In this document: one piece after another, positions 20,158 through 30,607 of the stretch
Position numbering within the stretch: the stretch's first letter is position 1
Layout of the letters: every line of letters begins with the position of its first letter
Origin: Candidatus Cloacimonadota bacterium
GTDB taxonomy: Bacteria > Cloacimonadota > Cloacimonadia > JGIOTU-2
Length of the DNA stretch: 47,677 nucleotides
Direction: 5' to 3'
Assembly (NCBI GenBank): GCA_030611765.1
Contig: JAUWPE010000003.1
Location: 1 to 47,677 of the forward strand
Program-made: the position numbers and the translations under genes
The notes under the pieces: generated by a model
What the model saw: the letters and a program-made list of their open reading frames with translations, nothing else
Told to the model about the DNA's origin: nothing
Database searches by the model: none

Positions 20158-20456
20158 GAATTCAAAGTGTTAAAGATGAGTCTAAATATTAAAAATTTTA
20201 ATAAAAATTAAACAATTTTAAGAAGAATTTAATGGTTATTTTTATCAATTTAATTATCAGAAATTGTTTTTATGATTGGGGAACAATGAGCATAAAAGGG
20301 CATTAAAAATATGGGCGGGATTGAATTATTTGACAAATATTCTAAGTTTAAATCTATTATCCAACTTTAAAAATATAGTTTAAATTCAAAATGATAATAG
20401 GATTCATTAATAATTGTTTTTGCTTTGTTTGAATCAATGGTAAGTTAGGAGATATC

Positions 20457-21590
20457 GTGAACAGATTAGTAGATTATTTCATCTCGTTAGTTGAAATTGA
20501 CAGTGAATCTAAAGATGAAAAGAGGGTTGCTGAGAAGCTTGCAAACGATCTTTCTGAAATGGGTGCGGAAGTTATCTTTGATAATGCACATCATGCGACA
20601 CAGGGGAATGTAGGAAATCTTATTGCAAATTTCAAAGGGAAAGTCGATAAAGCACCTCTTCTACTCTGTGCTCATACCGATACTGTCAACCCAGGAAAGG
20701 GAATCAAACCTATCATCAAAGATGACCTCATCACATCTGACGGTTCGACAATTCTTGGGAGCGATGACAAATCCGGAATCGCGCAGATCGTTGAAGCCAT
20801 AAGGCGCCTCGATGAAGAGGGTTACGAATATGCACCAATCCAGGTTTTGTTCACAATATCTGAAGAGATCGGACTGCTTGGAGCGAAAAATCTGGATTAT
20901 TCTCTTATAAAAGCCAAAGTCGGCTTTGCACTCGACTGTAATGGAGTTGGTTCGATAGTAACGCATGCACCCTCATTAAATGTATTTGAGATCACCATAA
21001 CCGGTAAAGAAGCCCACTCAGGTGGATCTCCCGAAAAAGGTATCAATGCAATTCAGGTTGCCGGAGAAGCTATTAGTAAGCTGAAACTTGGACGAATTGA
21101 TTTTGAAACCACTGCTAATATCGGAAATATCAAAGGAGGTCTTGCTCATAATATTGTTCCGAAAGAATGCTTTATCAGCGGGGAAGTTCGCAGTCACGAT
21201 GAAGTAAAACTTGAAAAAGTTACTAATAAAATTGTTAAGACCTTTGAAGAAGTAGCTGCCAAATATGAGGTTAAGTTTGATTCAAAGGTGTTTCACGCAT
21301 GTTCTAGCGCTCATGTAATTAATGATTTTTCCGCAATGAAGATCAAAGAAGATGAAGATATCATAAAAATTGCTAAACAGGCAGCAAGGAATATCGGAGT
21401 CGAGCCCAAGATCGAAACGGGCGGTGGTGGAAGTGATGCAAATGTGTTTTTTGCTCGCGGACTCGTGGTTCCTATCATAGGTACAGGCATGAATGATGTT
21501 CATTCCACACATGAAAATATCAAAATTGATGATCTTGAAAAAGTAACACAGTGGGTTATGGAAATCATAAAAGAATACACTAAAAAATAA
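20457..21590 (+). CDS. M20 family peptidase T-like metallohydrolase
   Basis: AHTDTV, LGSDDKSG, SEEIGLLGA, GKEAHSG, GGGSDAN, HSTHE. Confidence 0.92.
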   Translation: MNRLVDYFISLVEIDSESKDEKRVAEKLANDLSEMGAEVIFDNAHHATQGNVGNLIANFKGKVDKAPLLLCAHTDTVNPGKGIKPIIKDDLITSDGSTILGSDDKSGIAQIVEAIRRLDEEGYEYAPIQVLFTISEEIGLLGAKNLDYSLIKAKVGFALDCNGVGSIVTHAPSLNVFEITITGKEAHSGGSPEKGINAIQVAGEAISKLKLGRIDFETTANIGNIKGGLAHNIVPKECFISGEVRSHDEVKLEKVTNKIVKTFEEVAAKYEVKFDSKVFHACSSAHVINDFSAMKIKEDEDIIKIAKQAARNIGVEPKIETGGGGSDANVFFARGLVVPIIGTGMNDVHSTHENIKIDDLEKVTQWVMEIIKEYTKK

Positions 21591-21616
21591 ATACTTCTCA
21601 AAGAAGGGAGTAAAAA

Positions 21617-22759
21617 ATGAAAAAATACTTATTGGCACCCGGTCCTACACCGGTTCCGGAAAAAATCCTGCAGGTTATGGCAGAACCAATGGTTCATCAC
21701 AGAACACCTGCGTTCAAAGAAAAAGTAGGAAAAGCGATCGAAGGTTTGAAATACATATTTCAAACAAAAAATGATGTGTTGATTTTTTCATCAAGCGGTT
21801 CAGGCGCGATGGAAGGAGCAATATCCAATGTTCTCAACCCAGGAGATAAAGCCATCATTATTCGCGGCGGAAAATTTGGTGAACGTTGGGGTGAGATCGC
21901 AGAAAAATTTGGCGTACAACCCCTGTATATCGATATTGAATGGGGCACTGCCGTCGATCCTGCTGATGTAGAAAAACTCCTAAAAGAAAATCCCGATGTA
22001 AAGGGTGTATATACGCAACTTACAGAAACTTCAACCTGTAGCGTGCAGCCGGTCAAAGAGCTTGGCGAGATCGTAAGCAAAACCGATACATTGCTCGTTA
22101 TTGATGCAATTTCCGGACTTGGCGGACAGGAATTCTACATGGATGACTGGAAAGTAGATATCTGCGTTGCCGGTTCGCAGAAAGGGCTTATGCTTCCTCC
22201 TGGACACGCCTATGCAGCAGTGAGTGAGAAAGCATGGAAAGTTATCGATGAGTGTAAACAGCCAAATTATTACTTTGATTGGAAGAAATATCGTAAAAAA
22301 TTGGCTACTAATACCGATCCATTTACAGGTTCTGTGTTACATGTAAAAGGTCTGCTTGTTGCAATTGACATGATCAAAGAGCGTGGACTTGAAAATATGT
22401 TCTATCAGTACAGAGTGCTTGGAAAAGCAGTCCGTGCAGCAGCAGAAGCACTCGGTTTGGAAGTCTATGCACATCCTTCCTGCGATGTGGCAACAGCAGT
22501 TAAAGTTCCTGAATCAGTGGATGGGCTTGCGCTGGTAAAGATACTTCGTGATAAATACGGATTCACCATTGCAGGTGGACAAGCTCCTATTAAAGGTAAG
22601 ATATTCCGCATTGCCCACATGGGTTATATTGAGATGTTCGATATTATTTCAGTGATATCTGCTCTCGAGATCGTGCTTCATGAACTCGGCTGGGAATTCA
22701 AGTGGGGTGCAGGTCTGACTGCAGCTCAGGAAATTTTTGCAAAAGAATACAAATTCTAA
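21617..22759 (+). CDS. Class V aminotransferase (alanine-glyoxylate/serine-pyruvate family)
   Basis: LLAPGPTPVP, SSSGSGAMEG, VIDAISG, GSQKGLMLPPG, FRIAHMG. Confidence 0.93.
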   Translation: MKKYLLAPGPTPVPEKILQVMAEPMVHHRTPAFKEKVGKAIEGLKYIFQTKNDVLIFSSSGSGAMEGAISNVLNPGDKAIIIRGGKFGERWGEIAEKFGVQPLYIDIEWGTAVDPADVEKLLKENPDVKGVYTQLTETSTCSVQPVKELGEIVSKTDTLLVIDAISGLGGQEFYMDDWKVDICVAGSQKGLMLPPGHAYAAVSEKAWKVIDECKQPNYYFDWKKYRKKLATNTDPFTGSVLHVKGLLVAIDMIKERGLENMFYQYRVLGKAVRAAAEALGLEVYAHPSCDVATAVKVPESVDGLALVKILRDKYGFTIAGGQAPIKGKIFRIAHMGYIEMFDIISVISALEIVLHELGWEFKWGAGLTAAQEIFAKEYKF

Positions 22760-22775
22760 CATATAAAAGCGTCTA

Positions 22776-22808
22776 AAAGGCGGATTCATTCCCGCCTTTC
22801 TTATTTTT
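22776..22808 (+). terminator. Putative intrinsic terminator
   Basis: AAAGGCGG-loop-CCGCCTTT followed by a T-rich tract, just after the aminotransferase stop. Confidence 0.5.
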
Positions 22809-22809
22809 C

Positions 22810-24033
22810 ATGCTGGTAAAAATACGATCCGTTACAACTGATACAATTGCCGATGAAATCGGGATCCAGCCCGAAGATTCACTTCTTTCAATAAATGGTC
22901 ATGCCATTCATGACGAACTCGATTACATATTTTATCAAGCTGATGAGAAGATAACTGTGAGGATTCAAAGGGGAGAAAAAACATTCACTCATTTCTTCGA
23001 GAAAGATATAGATGAGGATATTGGACTTGAATTATATACAATGAAGGTTCGAAAGTGTGGCTGCGACTGCATTTTCTGCTTTGTTGACCAGATACATCCT
23101 GACGCACGACCATCGCTGAAAGTGAAAGACGATGACTTTCGGTTCTCATTCTTTCACGGGAATTTTATCACACTTTCAAATTTGACCGAGAAAGATTACC
23201 ATAGGATCATCGAGCAGCATCTCTCACCTTTGTACATTTCCGTACATACCACAACTGATAAGCTCCGACAGAAGATCATGCGGTATAAGAAAGAAATTTC
23301 AGTTATGGAAAAGCTTAGATTTCTCGCAGAAAATGGTATTACTTTGCATACTCAGATCGTGCTTATCCCTGACTGGAATGATGGCGTAGAATTTGAAAAA
23401 TCCGTATTTGATCTCGCTTCTCTCTATCCTGCGGTGCAGTCAATCGGGATTGTGCCGGTTGGTTTAACGAAATTCAGAAAAGATTTGACTCGACTAAAAA
23501 AAGTAAGCAAATCGCAAGCAAAAGAAGTTATTATACAATCAAAAAAATGGAGAAGGCAGTTTCAGGAGAAATATGGTTCAGGTATTGTCTCACTTGCTGA
23601 TGAGTTCTTTCTTCTTGCTGATGAGCCGATTACAGCAGATGAGTATTATGAGGATTTTCCCCAGATTGAGAATGGTATCGGACTTGTTCGTGATTTTCTT
23701 GATAATTGGAAAGATTATTCCGATGAATTGCTCGAACAACACAGGAATAAAAAAGTGCTTTTTGTGACTGGAGTATTATTCTATCCTATTTTAAATGAAT
23801 TGGTCGATGTGCTTAATTCAAAAGAAAATCAGCAATGGAAAGTTATTCAGGTTGAGAATGAATTTCTTGGTAAAAATGTGACAGTTGCCGGTTTGCTTGT
23901 AGGTCAGGATGTGATCAAGGCAATTCAAAAAGAAAAATATGATGTGCTTTTGCTTCCTGATGAGATGTTCAATGTGGATGGGATTACGCTGGATAATGTT
24001 AAAATGGAAAATTTAAAATTTAATCCCCAATAA
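22810..24033 (+). CDS. PDZ + radical SAM-like DUF512 protein
   Basis: N-terminal PDZ-like segment, CGCDCIFCFVDQ, KDDDFRFSFFHGNFITL, YYEDFPQIENGIG, VTVAGLL. Confidence 0.9.
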   Translation: MLVKIRSVTTDTIADEIGIQPEDSLLSINGHAIHDELDYIFYQADEKITVRIQRGEKTFTHFFEKDIDEDIGLELYTMKVRKCGCDCIFCFVDQIHPDARPSLKVKDDDFRFSFFHGNFITLSNLTEKDYHRIIEQHLSPLYISVHTTTDKLRQKIMRYKKEISVMEKLRFLAENGITLHTQIVLIPDWNDGVEFEKSVFDLASLYPAVQSIGIVPVGLTKFRKDLTRLKKVSKSQAKEVIIQSKKWRRQFQEKYGSGIVSLADEFFLLADEPITADEYYEDFPQIENGIGLVRDFLDNWKDYSDELLEQHRNKKVLFVTGVLFYPILNELVDVLNSKENQQWKVIQVENEFLGKNVTVAGLLVGQDVIKAIQKEKYDVLLLPDEMFNVDGITLDNVKMENLKFNPQ

Positions 24034-24052
24034 AATCAGATAGGGAGAATCA

Positions 24053-25108
24053 TTGAACTATAAAATAGTTTTCGCAAATCCTTCTTATTCAAAAGAAAAA
24101 ATAGAAGCTATTATAGACAAATGCAAAGATATTAATGAACTTCAAAAATTGATAAATCAAAACCTTTTCACCTTTGACCGATTGGAATTACCTTGCGGGA
24201 CATTACGCTTAGAGCATATACAAAAAGCTTTAAATATTGCTGATTATTTCGGAACTTCAGATGTCTTGCCGGATATTCCATTATTAAACAGACTTTATTA
24301 CAAATCTCATCAGAAGGGAAGTAATAAAGGAAAAGTTGATGATGCAGATATCATTAGATATTTACGTGATACCTTTCACGATCTCGACTTGAGCGATGAT
24401 GACTGGCAACGTGTGATTGAGAAATTAAGCATCGAAGAATTTATAAGCATAGACACGATCGCTGAAAGGACAGTGATCATCTGGAATTCGCTTCCATACA
24501 TATCAACGACTAATTCCTGCACAGGTCATCGGGATGCACTACGCTATTTCTGTTTTTCAAATTTGCATTTTAAATTCGATCCCGAGCATATTTCCGTCTC
24601 ACGCATCACTGATTTGATAAAATCTGCTTTTGATGATTTCAATTCCAATATTTTTAAAATAGATATAGAGAATTTTGATAACACATTAGGTATCTTATTT
24701 TTTCAGATCCCGCCCTCGGAGTGGATTGCCACAAATAACAAAGAGCCGGTGAAAACAATATGCGAAAGATGTTATAAACAGTTGAAAACTACTTTCAAGA
24801 CGGACAATGATCTTGATGGTTTCGAGCTTGAAAAAAGTACGTCGGATGCCCGAGTTGCGGACTATATCCGTAAGAAAATGTATAAGTACTTTAATCGATT
24901 GAACACAAATTTTGAGATCGATGGGTCTGAAGATGAATTTTTCTGGGAGGTATTTCGTAAACGCTGTTTGGTTTTCGAGGAAAGCTACAAAGATTTTTAT
25001 ATTTCACATGAAGCGATTGAGAATATAAAGCATTTTTGGGAGCGTTGTGAAGAGCTTGGGAAAAGTATAAAAACATGGTATCGTAACTCGAAGAAAAACC
25101 AGGAGTAA
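24053..25108 (+). CDS. Hypothetical protein
   Basis: 351-codon ORF with TTG start and GGGAG RBS, filling the gap in a co-oriented run. Confidence 0.75.
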   Translation: MNYKIVFANPSYSKEKIEAIIDKCKDINELQKLINQNLFTFDRLELPCGTLRLEHIQKALNIADYFGTSDVLPDIPLLNRLYYKSHQKGSNKGKVDDADIIRYLRDTFHDLDLSDDDWQRVIEKLSIEEFISIDTIAERTVIIWNSLPYISTTNSCTGHRDALRYFCFSNLHFKFDPEHISVSRITDLIKSAFDDFNSNIFKIDIENFDNTLGILFFQIPPSEWIATNNKEPVKTICERCYKQLKTTFKTDNDLDGFELEKSTSDARVADYIRKKMYKYFNRLNTNFEIDGSEDEFFWEVFRKRCLVFEESYKDFYISHEAIENIKHFWERCEELGKSIKTWYRNSKKNQE

Positions 25109-25133
25109 TGAATAAGGATTGGAGGTTTGCATC

Positions 25134-26096
25134 ATGAAAAAGAAGAATCAACAAACAGATAAGATCGACTGGTCGAAAGATGAGTATAGAAAACATATTA
25201 TCGAAGAGCGGAAGTTCTTGTGGAGAGAGGATTCGGTCGAGTTGTATGCAAGGTGGATCGGTTTGAAATCCGGAATGACAGGCGTGGACGTGGGCTGCGG
25301 ACTCGGTTATCTTGGCTGGACATTCTGGAAATATTTCGGCAAAGGAGGAAAATATATAGGCATCGACGTATCCGAAAAACTCATCTCCGAAGCAAAAGGA
25401 ATCTCAAAAGATTGGTTGAAAGAGGGTTCTGCAGAATTTTTAGTCGGTGATACTTATGCTTTACCCCTGCCGGATAATTCTGCTGATTTCGTAATGTGCC
25501 AGACCTTGCTGATGCATCTGGAGGAACCGGTAAAAGCACTTACCGAGATGAAACGTATAGTCAAACCCGGCGGCATTGTGATTTGTATGGAACCGGATAA
25601 TCTTTCAAATTTTATGAGGGTTAGTTACAATTCTGTTCATCAGTTTTCTATGGAAGAACTCCTTTTGATTCATAAGGTGCAGTTCTGTTGGACTGAGGGC
25701 AGGAAAAAGCTCGGAGAAGGAGATTGGGGTATCGGTTCGAAATTGCCGAAATTGATGAGCGATGCAGGACTGAAGAATATCGATATTCGTAATAATGATA
25801 TCGTGAAGTTTATACTGCCATCTTACGAAACACCCGAACAAAAAGATATGTCAAAAAAAATTAAAGGATACTGCAAGAAACCATTTAACAGAAAAGCGAT
25901 CAGAGAATCAGTCGAGGAGAAGGTCTTAGCAGGTGGGGGATCAAAGTATCTTTTACGAAAATATTATAATTTTCTTAAGGATCAAAAACAACAAATTTCT
26001 TCCAAAATTTTGCAGGAATTAAAAAAGAAATATTATTATGCTTTTTGGGGAAGTTCTTTCTTTTATATTTGTATTGGAAGGAAAAAGAAGGTTTGA
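25134..26096 (+). CDS. Class I SAM-dependent methyltransferase
   Basis: VDVGCGLG, GIDVS, LPLPDNSADFVMCQTLLMHL, RIVKPGG; ATG at 25134 after GGAGG. Confidence 0.92.
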   Translation: MKKKNQQTDKIDWSKDEYRKHIIEERKFLWREDSVELYARWIGLKSGMTGVDVGCGLGYLGWTFWKYFGKGGKYIGIDVSEKLISEAKGISKDWLKEGSAEFLVGDTYALPLPDNSADFVMCQTLLMHLEEPVKALTEMKRIVKPGGIVICMEPDNLSNFMRVSYNSVHQFSMEELLLIHKVQFCWTEGRKKLGEGDWGIGSKLPKLMSDAGLKNIDIRNNDIVKFILPSYETPEQKDMSKKIKGYCKKPFNRKAIRESVEEKVLAGGGSKYLLRKYYNFLKDQKQQISSKILQELKKKYYYAFWGSSFFYICIGRKKKV

Positions 26097-26235
26097 AGAG
26101 CGTAGAGAGTGAAGCGAAGGGAAGCGATAAATATGAATTCAGAGAATACGAAAATACTGGATTCCCATACCCAATCAGCCAGTTGGCGGAGGCAAGCTTT
26201 CGAGGGAATGACATTATGTTTTTGTTGGTTGTGAA

Positions 26236-27145
26236 AATCACGAGTCGGCCACGAAGGGAACGACTCGGGATGGAGTTTCAATCTTTAAACCCGACTCATC
26301 TTTGCAAGCTGAGTCGTGTTTATCATTATTCAAATAATTTCCTGTCTTCCTCATACTTTTCATCTGAATAAACTTCCATCATCTTTGAATATTCCAACGG
26401 TGTTAGATCAAACCAATCCCATACCTCATTGCAAAATAACTTCCCTTTTCGTTTACCAATCCATTCAAGACAATTTGAGTAGATCCAGTCCTCCGGTCTT
26501 TTAACAAGATTTGATTTCACTGGATTGAAATGGATATACAGGCATAATCTGATAAAATATTTTTCTGTTGCTACTATTTTGTGTTGCAAAGGACTTCGAA
26601 ACAATGTTCCTTTTCTGCTATATTTGTGATTGTAATATAAAGTATACCCCGAAAATATATCGTTAAAGATTTTGTATATGGGCACATCACTATCTTGCCG
26701 GATGAAGAAGTGATAGTGATTCGGCATTAAACAATAAGAAAATATCGTTGCGGGATATAATAGTATTTTCTGTTTAAACTTACTGATAACTCTGAGATAG
26801 TCATTTTTTTTACGGAAAAGATTTTGGTGCTCAACCGCGTGATTGTATATATGGAAACAACTTCCTTTAATAAAATTTTCTTTCTTTACTCTCATAATAA
26901 TTACATATTATCATGGAATCACGAGTCGGTCACGAAGGGAACGACTCGGGATGGAGTTTGCGCGATTTCAACCCGACTCATCTTTGCAAGCTGAGTCGTG
27001 TCTCAAAAATATCATGAGACCTCCTGATTATTTTTTCACAAGAGAATTTGAAATTATTTTTCAACGAAATAAACTACGATTTTTGCGTCAAGGAATATGA
27101 TAATCGAGTCACGAGTCGGCCACGAAAGGAACGAATCAGGATGGA
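26236..27145. mobile_element. REPtron-like locus: RAYT flanked by direct-repeat double-hairpin REP modules (family C)
   Basis: ~84-bp modules at 26236-26319 and 26917-27001 (CACGAGTCGG...CGACTCGGG plus CCCGACTCATCTTTGCAAGCTGAGTCGTG); third partial copy at 27109-27145. Confidence 0.85.
26326..26895 (-). CDS. REP-associated tyrosine transposase (RAYT, Y1 HUH)
   Basis: FHIYNH, YCLMPNHYH (HUH), YYNHKYSRKGTLF, YIHFNPVK, PEDWIYS. Confidence 0.93.
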   Translation of the reverse strand: MRVKKENFIKGSCFHIYNHAVEHQNLFRKKNDYLRVISKFKQKILLYPATIFSYCLMPNHYHFFIRQDSDVPIYKIFNDIFSGYTLYYNHKYSRKGTLFRSPLQHKIVATEKYFIRLCLYIHFNPVKSNLVKRPEDWIYSNCLEWIGKRKGKLFCNEVWDWFDLTPLEYSKMMEVYSDEKYEEDRKLFE

Positions 27146-27419
27146 AGAAGTGAAAAGTGATCCGCCTTCATTACATTTCAGTCTTCTCCGCTGGCGGATA
27201 CGACCTGGCAAGATGGCGCGACTCGTCTTCTTTCCGACCCCGACAAGTCAGCGGGATTACGTCGCAGCAGGCAGGAGAGAGTGGAGCGAAGAGAAATATT
27301 AAATGTAATTTTTTTATGAGTCGTCAGGGACCATTCCCTGATGACAAAAAATCTTAACTCTAAATCCAAAATCCCAAACTAATAAGTAAATTGAATTTTT
27401 AAAATAGGAAAAAGGGATA

Positions 27420-28094
27420 TTAATTATGAAGAAAATCTTGGGATGGCTCAATCAGCTCAGGATAATTATTAGCCGGTGAATTTACATCCATTGAGACCTC
27501 ATAATAATCGAGATCATGTTCCTGGTAGGGAATGAGCAACTGTTTCAATGCTTTCGTATCAGAATTATTTAACCATAAAGAAAAGTTGTTTTCGGAAAGA
27601 ATGACAGGCATTCGAGGGTGGATATTTCTCAGACTTTTAATCGCATCTATAGTAATTATGCTGCACGAAGTAATCTTATCACCATCCGGAGATTTCCAAT
27701 TATCATAAATACCTGCAAAGCAAAAGGGCTTGTTGTCCTTCAAATGAATGAAATAGGGGAATTTGTTAGATCCGCGTTTCTGCCATTCATAAAAGCCGTT
27801 TGCAACTATAAGGCATCTTCTTTTCTGAAATGAGTATTTAAAGCTTGGTTTTTCATCAATTGTTTCTGCGCGTGCATTGATGAGTTTGGAACCAATTGAA
27901 ATATCCTTTGCCCAAAAGGGGATCAATCCCCAACGCATGGCAGTTAGTACTGAGCTTCCATTTTCAATGATGACTGCAACATCCTGAGTGGGAGCGATAT
28001 TATAGCTTGGCCCGAGCTCGATCTCAATTTGATCGAGATTAAATATTTCCATTATCTCTTTTGCAGTATTTATTCGAGCAAATCTTCCGCACAT
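27420..28094 (-). CDS. SOS response-associated peptidase (SRAP/YedK/HMCES)
   Basis: MCGRF, YNIAPTQ, RWGLIPFW, INARAET, GFYEW, IHPRMPVIL. Confidence 0.96.
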   Translation of the reverse strand: MCGRFARINTAKEIMEIFNLDQIEIELGPSYNIAPTQDVAVIIENGSSVLTAMRWGLIPFWAKDISIGSKLINARAETIDEKPSFKYSFQKRRCLIVANGFYEWQKRGSNKFPYFIHLKDNKPFCFAGIYDNWKSPDGDKITSCSIITIDAIKSLRNIHPRMPVILSENNFSLWLNNSDTKALKQLLIPYQEHDLDYYEVSMDVNSPANNYPELIEPSQDFLHN

Positions 28095-28096
28095 TG

Positions 28097-29392
28097 TTAC
28101 TCCTTTTCGTCATCTGTTTTCACCACGAGGATCTGGTCCCATTGCGTGGTGAAATGAGGGGATTTGTGCATACGCTTCATCATCCATGGCTTTTTAATAC
28201 CAGTTGCTGCGTAGTGCAGTGTATCGCTTCCCCATTTCTCATTGATGTTGTCTATGATATGTGTCAGTTTTCGGTTTCTGCTGTGGAAATAGGATTCTGT
28301 GAAAAGATTGAGCTGGTACTTACCCTGCTCAACAATTCCGCTAAGCATCACACCTGCTTTTTTGTAGCGGTACCCTTCTCTGAATATTTTTTTTAGATTT
28401 TCATGAGCGTGGGAAATGAATTCCGCAGTACTATCTGTAGCTTCCGGCAGTTCAAACATATAAGCATTTGAATATTGAGGTTCCTTTGGCCTGAACCGAT
28501 TTGTCGCCACAAAAACCTGAACGAAAGAGGCAAGGCATTTCTGTTTTCTGAGTTTTTCAGCAGCAGTTGTTACATATGTCGCCACCGCCTCCTCCAGTTC
28601 TTCAAGAGTCTCAACAGGTCGTCCAAAAGAGCATGAGCTTACGATCTCTTTTTTGTGTGGAGTAACTTCTTCAAGATTTATCGAGGGAGTTCCCCTTAGT
28701 TCAAAAACTGTGGCAAGTCCCATGACCGTCATATTCTTTTTCACCCATTTATCAGGTGCATATTTGAGATCATAAGCCGTGTGAAAATTATTACGTTTAA
28801 GCAGTTTTTCATATTGCCATCCCACCCCCCAGATGTCTGATACATCTACCTGTTTCAGGAATTCATCTATCTCATGCTCGCAGAAGGATGTGATGTCGAA
28901 CACTCCATTATACTTATTTGATTTTTTTGCAAAACGGTTTGCGATCTTTGCCAGAGTTTTTGTCTCTGCAATGCCAATTGAGACAGGAATCCCTGTCCAG
29001 TTCGTAACTGTGTTTTTGATTCTCCAACCATATTTAGTCAGGTCTCGATCTGCAAAACCTGTCAGATCAAGAAAAGCTTCATCGATTGAGTAAATTTCTA
29101 AATCGGGACTGAATTGCTCCAGGGTTTGCATCACACGATGCGACATGTCGCCATAAAGGGTATAGTTGGATGAGAATACATAGATGTTATGTTTCTTAAT
29201 AAGATGCTCTGCTTCGAAAACCGGTTTGCCAAAAGGCATACCCAAAGCTTTAGCTTCGTTAGAGCGAGCGACTACACAACCGTCATTATTCGAAAGCACG
29301 ATGATGGGTTTGCCCTCAAGCTCAGGTCTGAATACACGCTCGCAGGAAGCATAGAAATTATTGCAATCAACAAGGGCGACGATGTTTTTCAT
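28097..29392 (-). CDS. umuC: Y-family DNA polymerase V subunit UmuC
   Basis: [38 protein letters not shown]-terminal [13 protein letters not shown]. Confidence 0.95.
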   Translation of the reverse strand: MKNIVALVDCNNFYASCERVFRPELEGKPIIVLSNNDGCVVARSNEAKALGMPFGKPVFEAEHLIKKHNIYVFSSNYTLYGDMSHRVMQTLEQFSPDLEIYSIDEAFLDLTGFADRDLTKYGWRIKNTVTNWTGIPVSIGIAETKTLAKIANRFAKKSNKYNGVFDITSFCEHEIDEFLKQVDVSDIWGVGWQYEKLLKRNNFHTAYDLKYAPDKWVKKNMTVMGLATVFELRGTPSINLEEVTPHKKEIVSSCSFGRPVETLEELEEAVATYVTTAAEKLRKQKCLASFVQVFVATNRFRPKEPQYSNAYMFELPEATDSTAEFISHAHENLKKIFREGYRYKKAGVMLSGIVEQGKYQLNLFTESYFHSRNRKLTHIIDNINEKWGSDTLHYAATGIKKPWMMKRMHKSPHFTTQWDQILVVKTDDEKE

Positions 29393-29415
29393 GTAAGAAT
29401 AGAACACTCAAGAAT

Positions 29416-30130
29416 AGCACGCAGATGAACACAGATTGAGCAGATTTGCGCAGATGAATATTTAGTATATATTTTCTTTTTCATTTTCATTTTACATTTC
29501 TTAATCAGTGTTTATCAGCATCATCAGCGAAAATCTGCGTTCTATTCTCTTTATAATAGCACGCAGATGAACGCAGATTGAGCAGATGTTCGCGGATAAA
29601 ATTCTTCATATTACTTTATTTCATTTACTTCGTTAATTCATCAGCGTTTATATGTAATCCACTGCTTAGTCGTATTTGAATAGATCTTTCTCCTAACTTC
29701 AGGCTTATTGCCGAAATTAAGTATCAGTCCTACTTCATATTCAGTTGCCTTTAGATAGTTTATTAATTGAGTTTCATTTTCTGGAATTAGAAATTTGTTA
29801 GCTTTGAGTTCAATTATAACCTTATTTTCAACAACTAAATCAGCATAATATTCTCCAACTATACTTTCTTTATAAAACACTTGAATTCGTTTCTGAGATT
29901 CAACAGAAAAATTCTTCATCTCAAGTTCAAATTTTAACGAATTCTCATAAACTTTTTCAAGAAAACCGTAACCTAAAGTATTATACACTTTATAGAAACA
30001 GTTAATGATCTTATCAGTTAAATCTGAGTATTTATATTCCATATTTAATTAATATTTTTGTTTTTCATTTTCATTTTTTCTTTTCTTAATCAGTGTTTAT
30101 CCGTTTCATCAGCGTTAATCTGTGTTCCAT
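29416..30130. mobile_element. GxxExxY cassette bounded by family B inverted repeats, inserted between umuD and umuC
   Basis: GCACGCAGATGAACGCAGAT-type arms at 29417-29455 and 29558-29597; complementary arms at 29503-29543 and 30088-30129. Confidence 0.7.
29641..30042 (-). CDS. GxxExxY protein (PD-(D/E)XK nuclease-like), copy 2
   Basis: VYNTLGYGFLEKVYEN, YYADLVVENKVIIELKA, QLINYLKAT, GLILNFG. Confidence 0.94.
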   Translation of the reverse strand: MEYKYSDLTDKIINCFYKVYNTLGYGFLEKVYENSLKFELEMKNFSVESQKRIQVFYKESIVGEYYADLVVENKVIIELKANKFLIPENETQLINYLKATEYEVGLILNFGNKPEVRRKIYSNTTKQWITYKR

Positions 30131-30136
30131 TCTTTC

Positions 30137-30607
30137 TTACACAGGTTTATGGATAACATAGGTGACAACACCCCAGATGTGAAAATCCATATTGGGAGTG
30201 ATCTCGATAGGTGAAAAATTAATATTTCCAGATTGTAAAAAGAGTCTGTCCTCATCATACTGAATCCTTTTAACGGTCAGTTCGCCATTTACTGCTGCGA
30301 TAACTATCTTATGCTTCTCGGCTTGAACTGCTCTATCGACAATGAGAATATCTCCTGAATGTATCCCGGCATCGATCATGGAATCACCTTCCACGCGTAC
30401 AAAAAAAGTGGCTGCAGGGTGTTTAATAAGGAATTTGTTCAGATCAAGTGTGGATTCGATATAATCACTTGCAGGGGAGGGAAATCCGGCTTTGATCTCC
30501 GATTTGTACATTGGCAGTTCGAGTTCAATACCTTCTTCATAGCTCATTATCTTCGCGATGCCCTTTCCTCTTTTTAAAGGACGGATATGATTATCATTTT
30601 TATTCAT
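30137..30607 (-). CDS. umuD: UmuD-like S24 autoprotease
   Basis: AGFPSPA cleavage site, HPAATFFVRVEGDSM, GELTVKR, WGVVTYVIH; start at 30607 overlaps the yggS stop. Confidence 0.93.
   Translation of the reverse strand: MNKNDNHIRPLKRGKGIAKIMSYEEGIELELPMYKSEIKAGFPSPASDYIESTLDLNKFLIKHPAATFFVRVEGDSMIDAGIHSGDILIVDRAVQAEKHKIVIAAVNGELTVKRIQYDEDRLFLQSGNINFSPIEITPNMDFHIWGVVTYVIHKPV

Noticed and set aside
26045-27369. Short ORFs around the RAYT containing TSRxRRERLGME
   Set aside because: The peptide is the REP module read in frame, not a protein family
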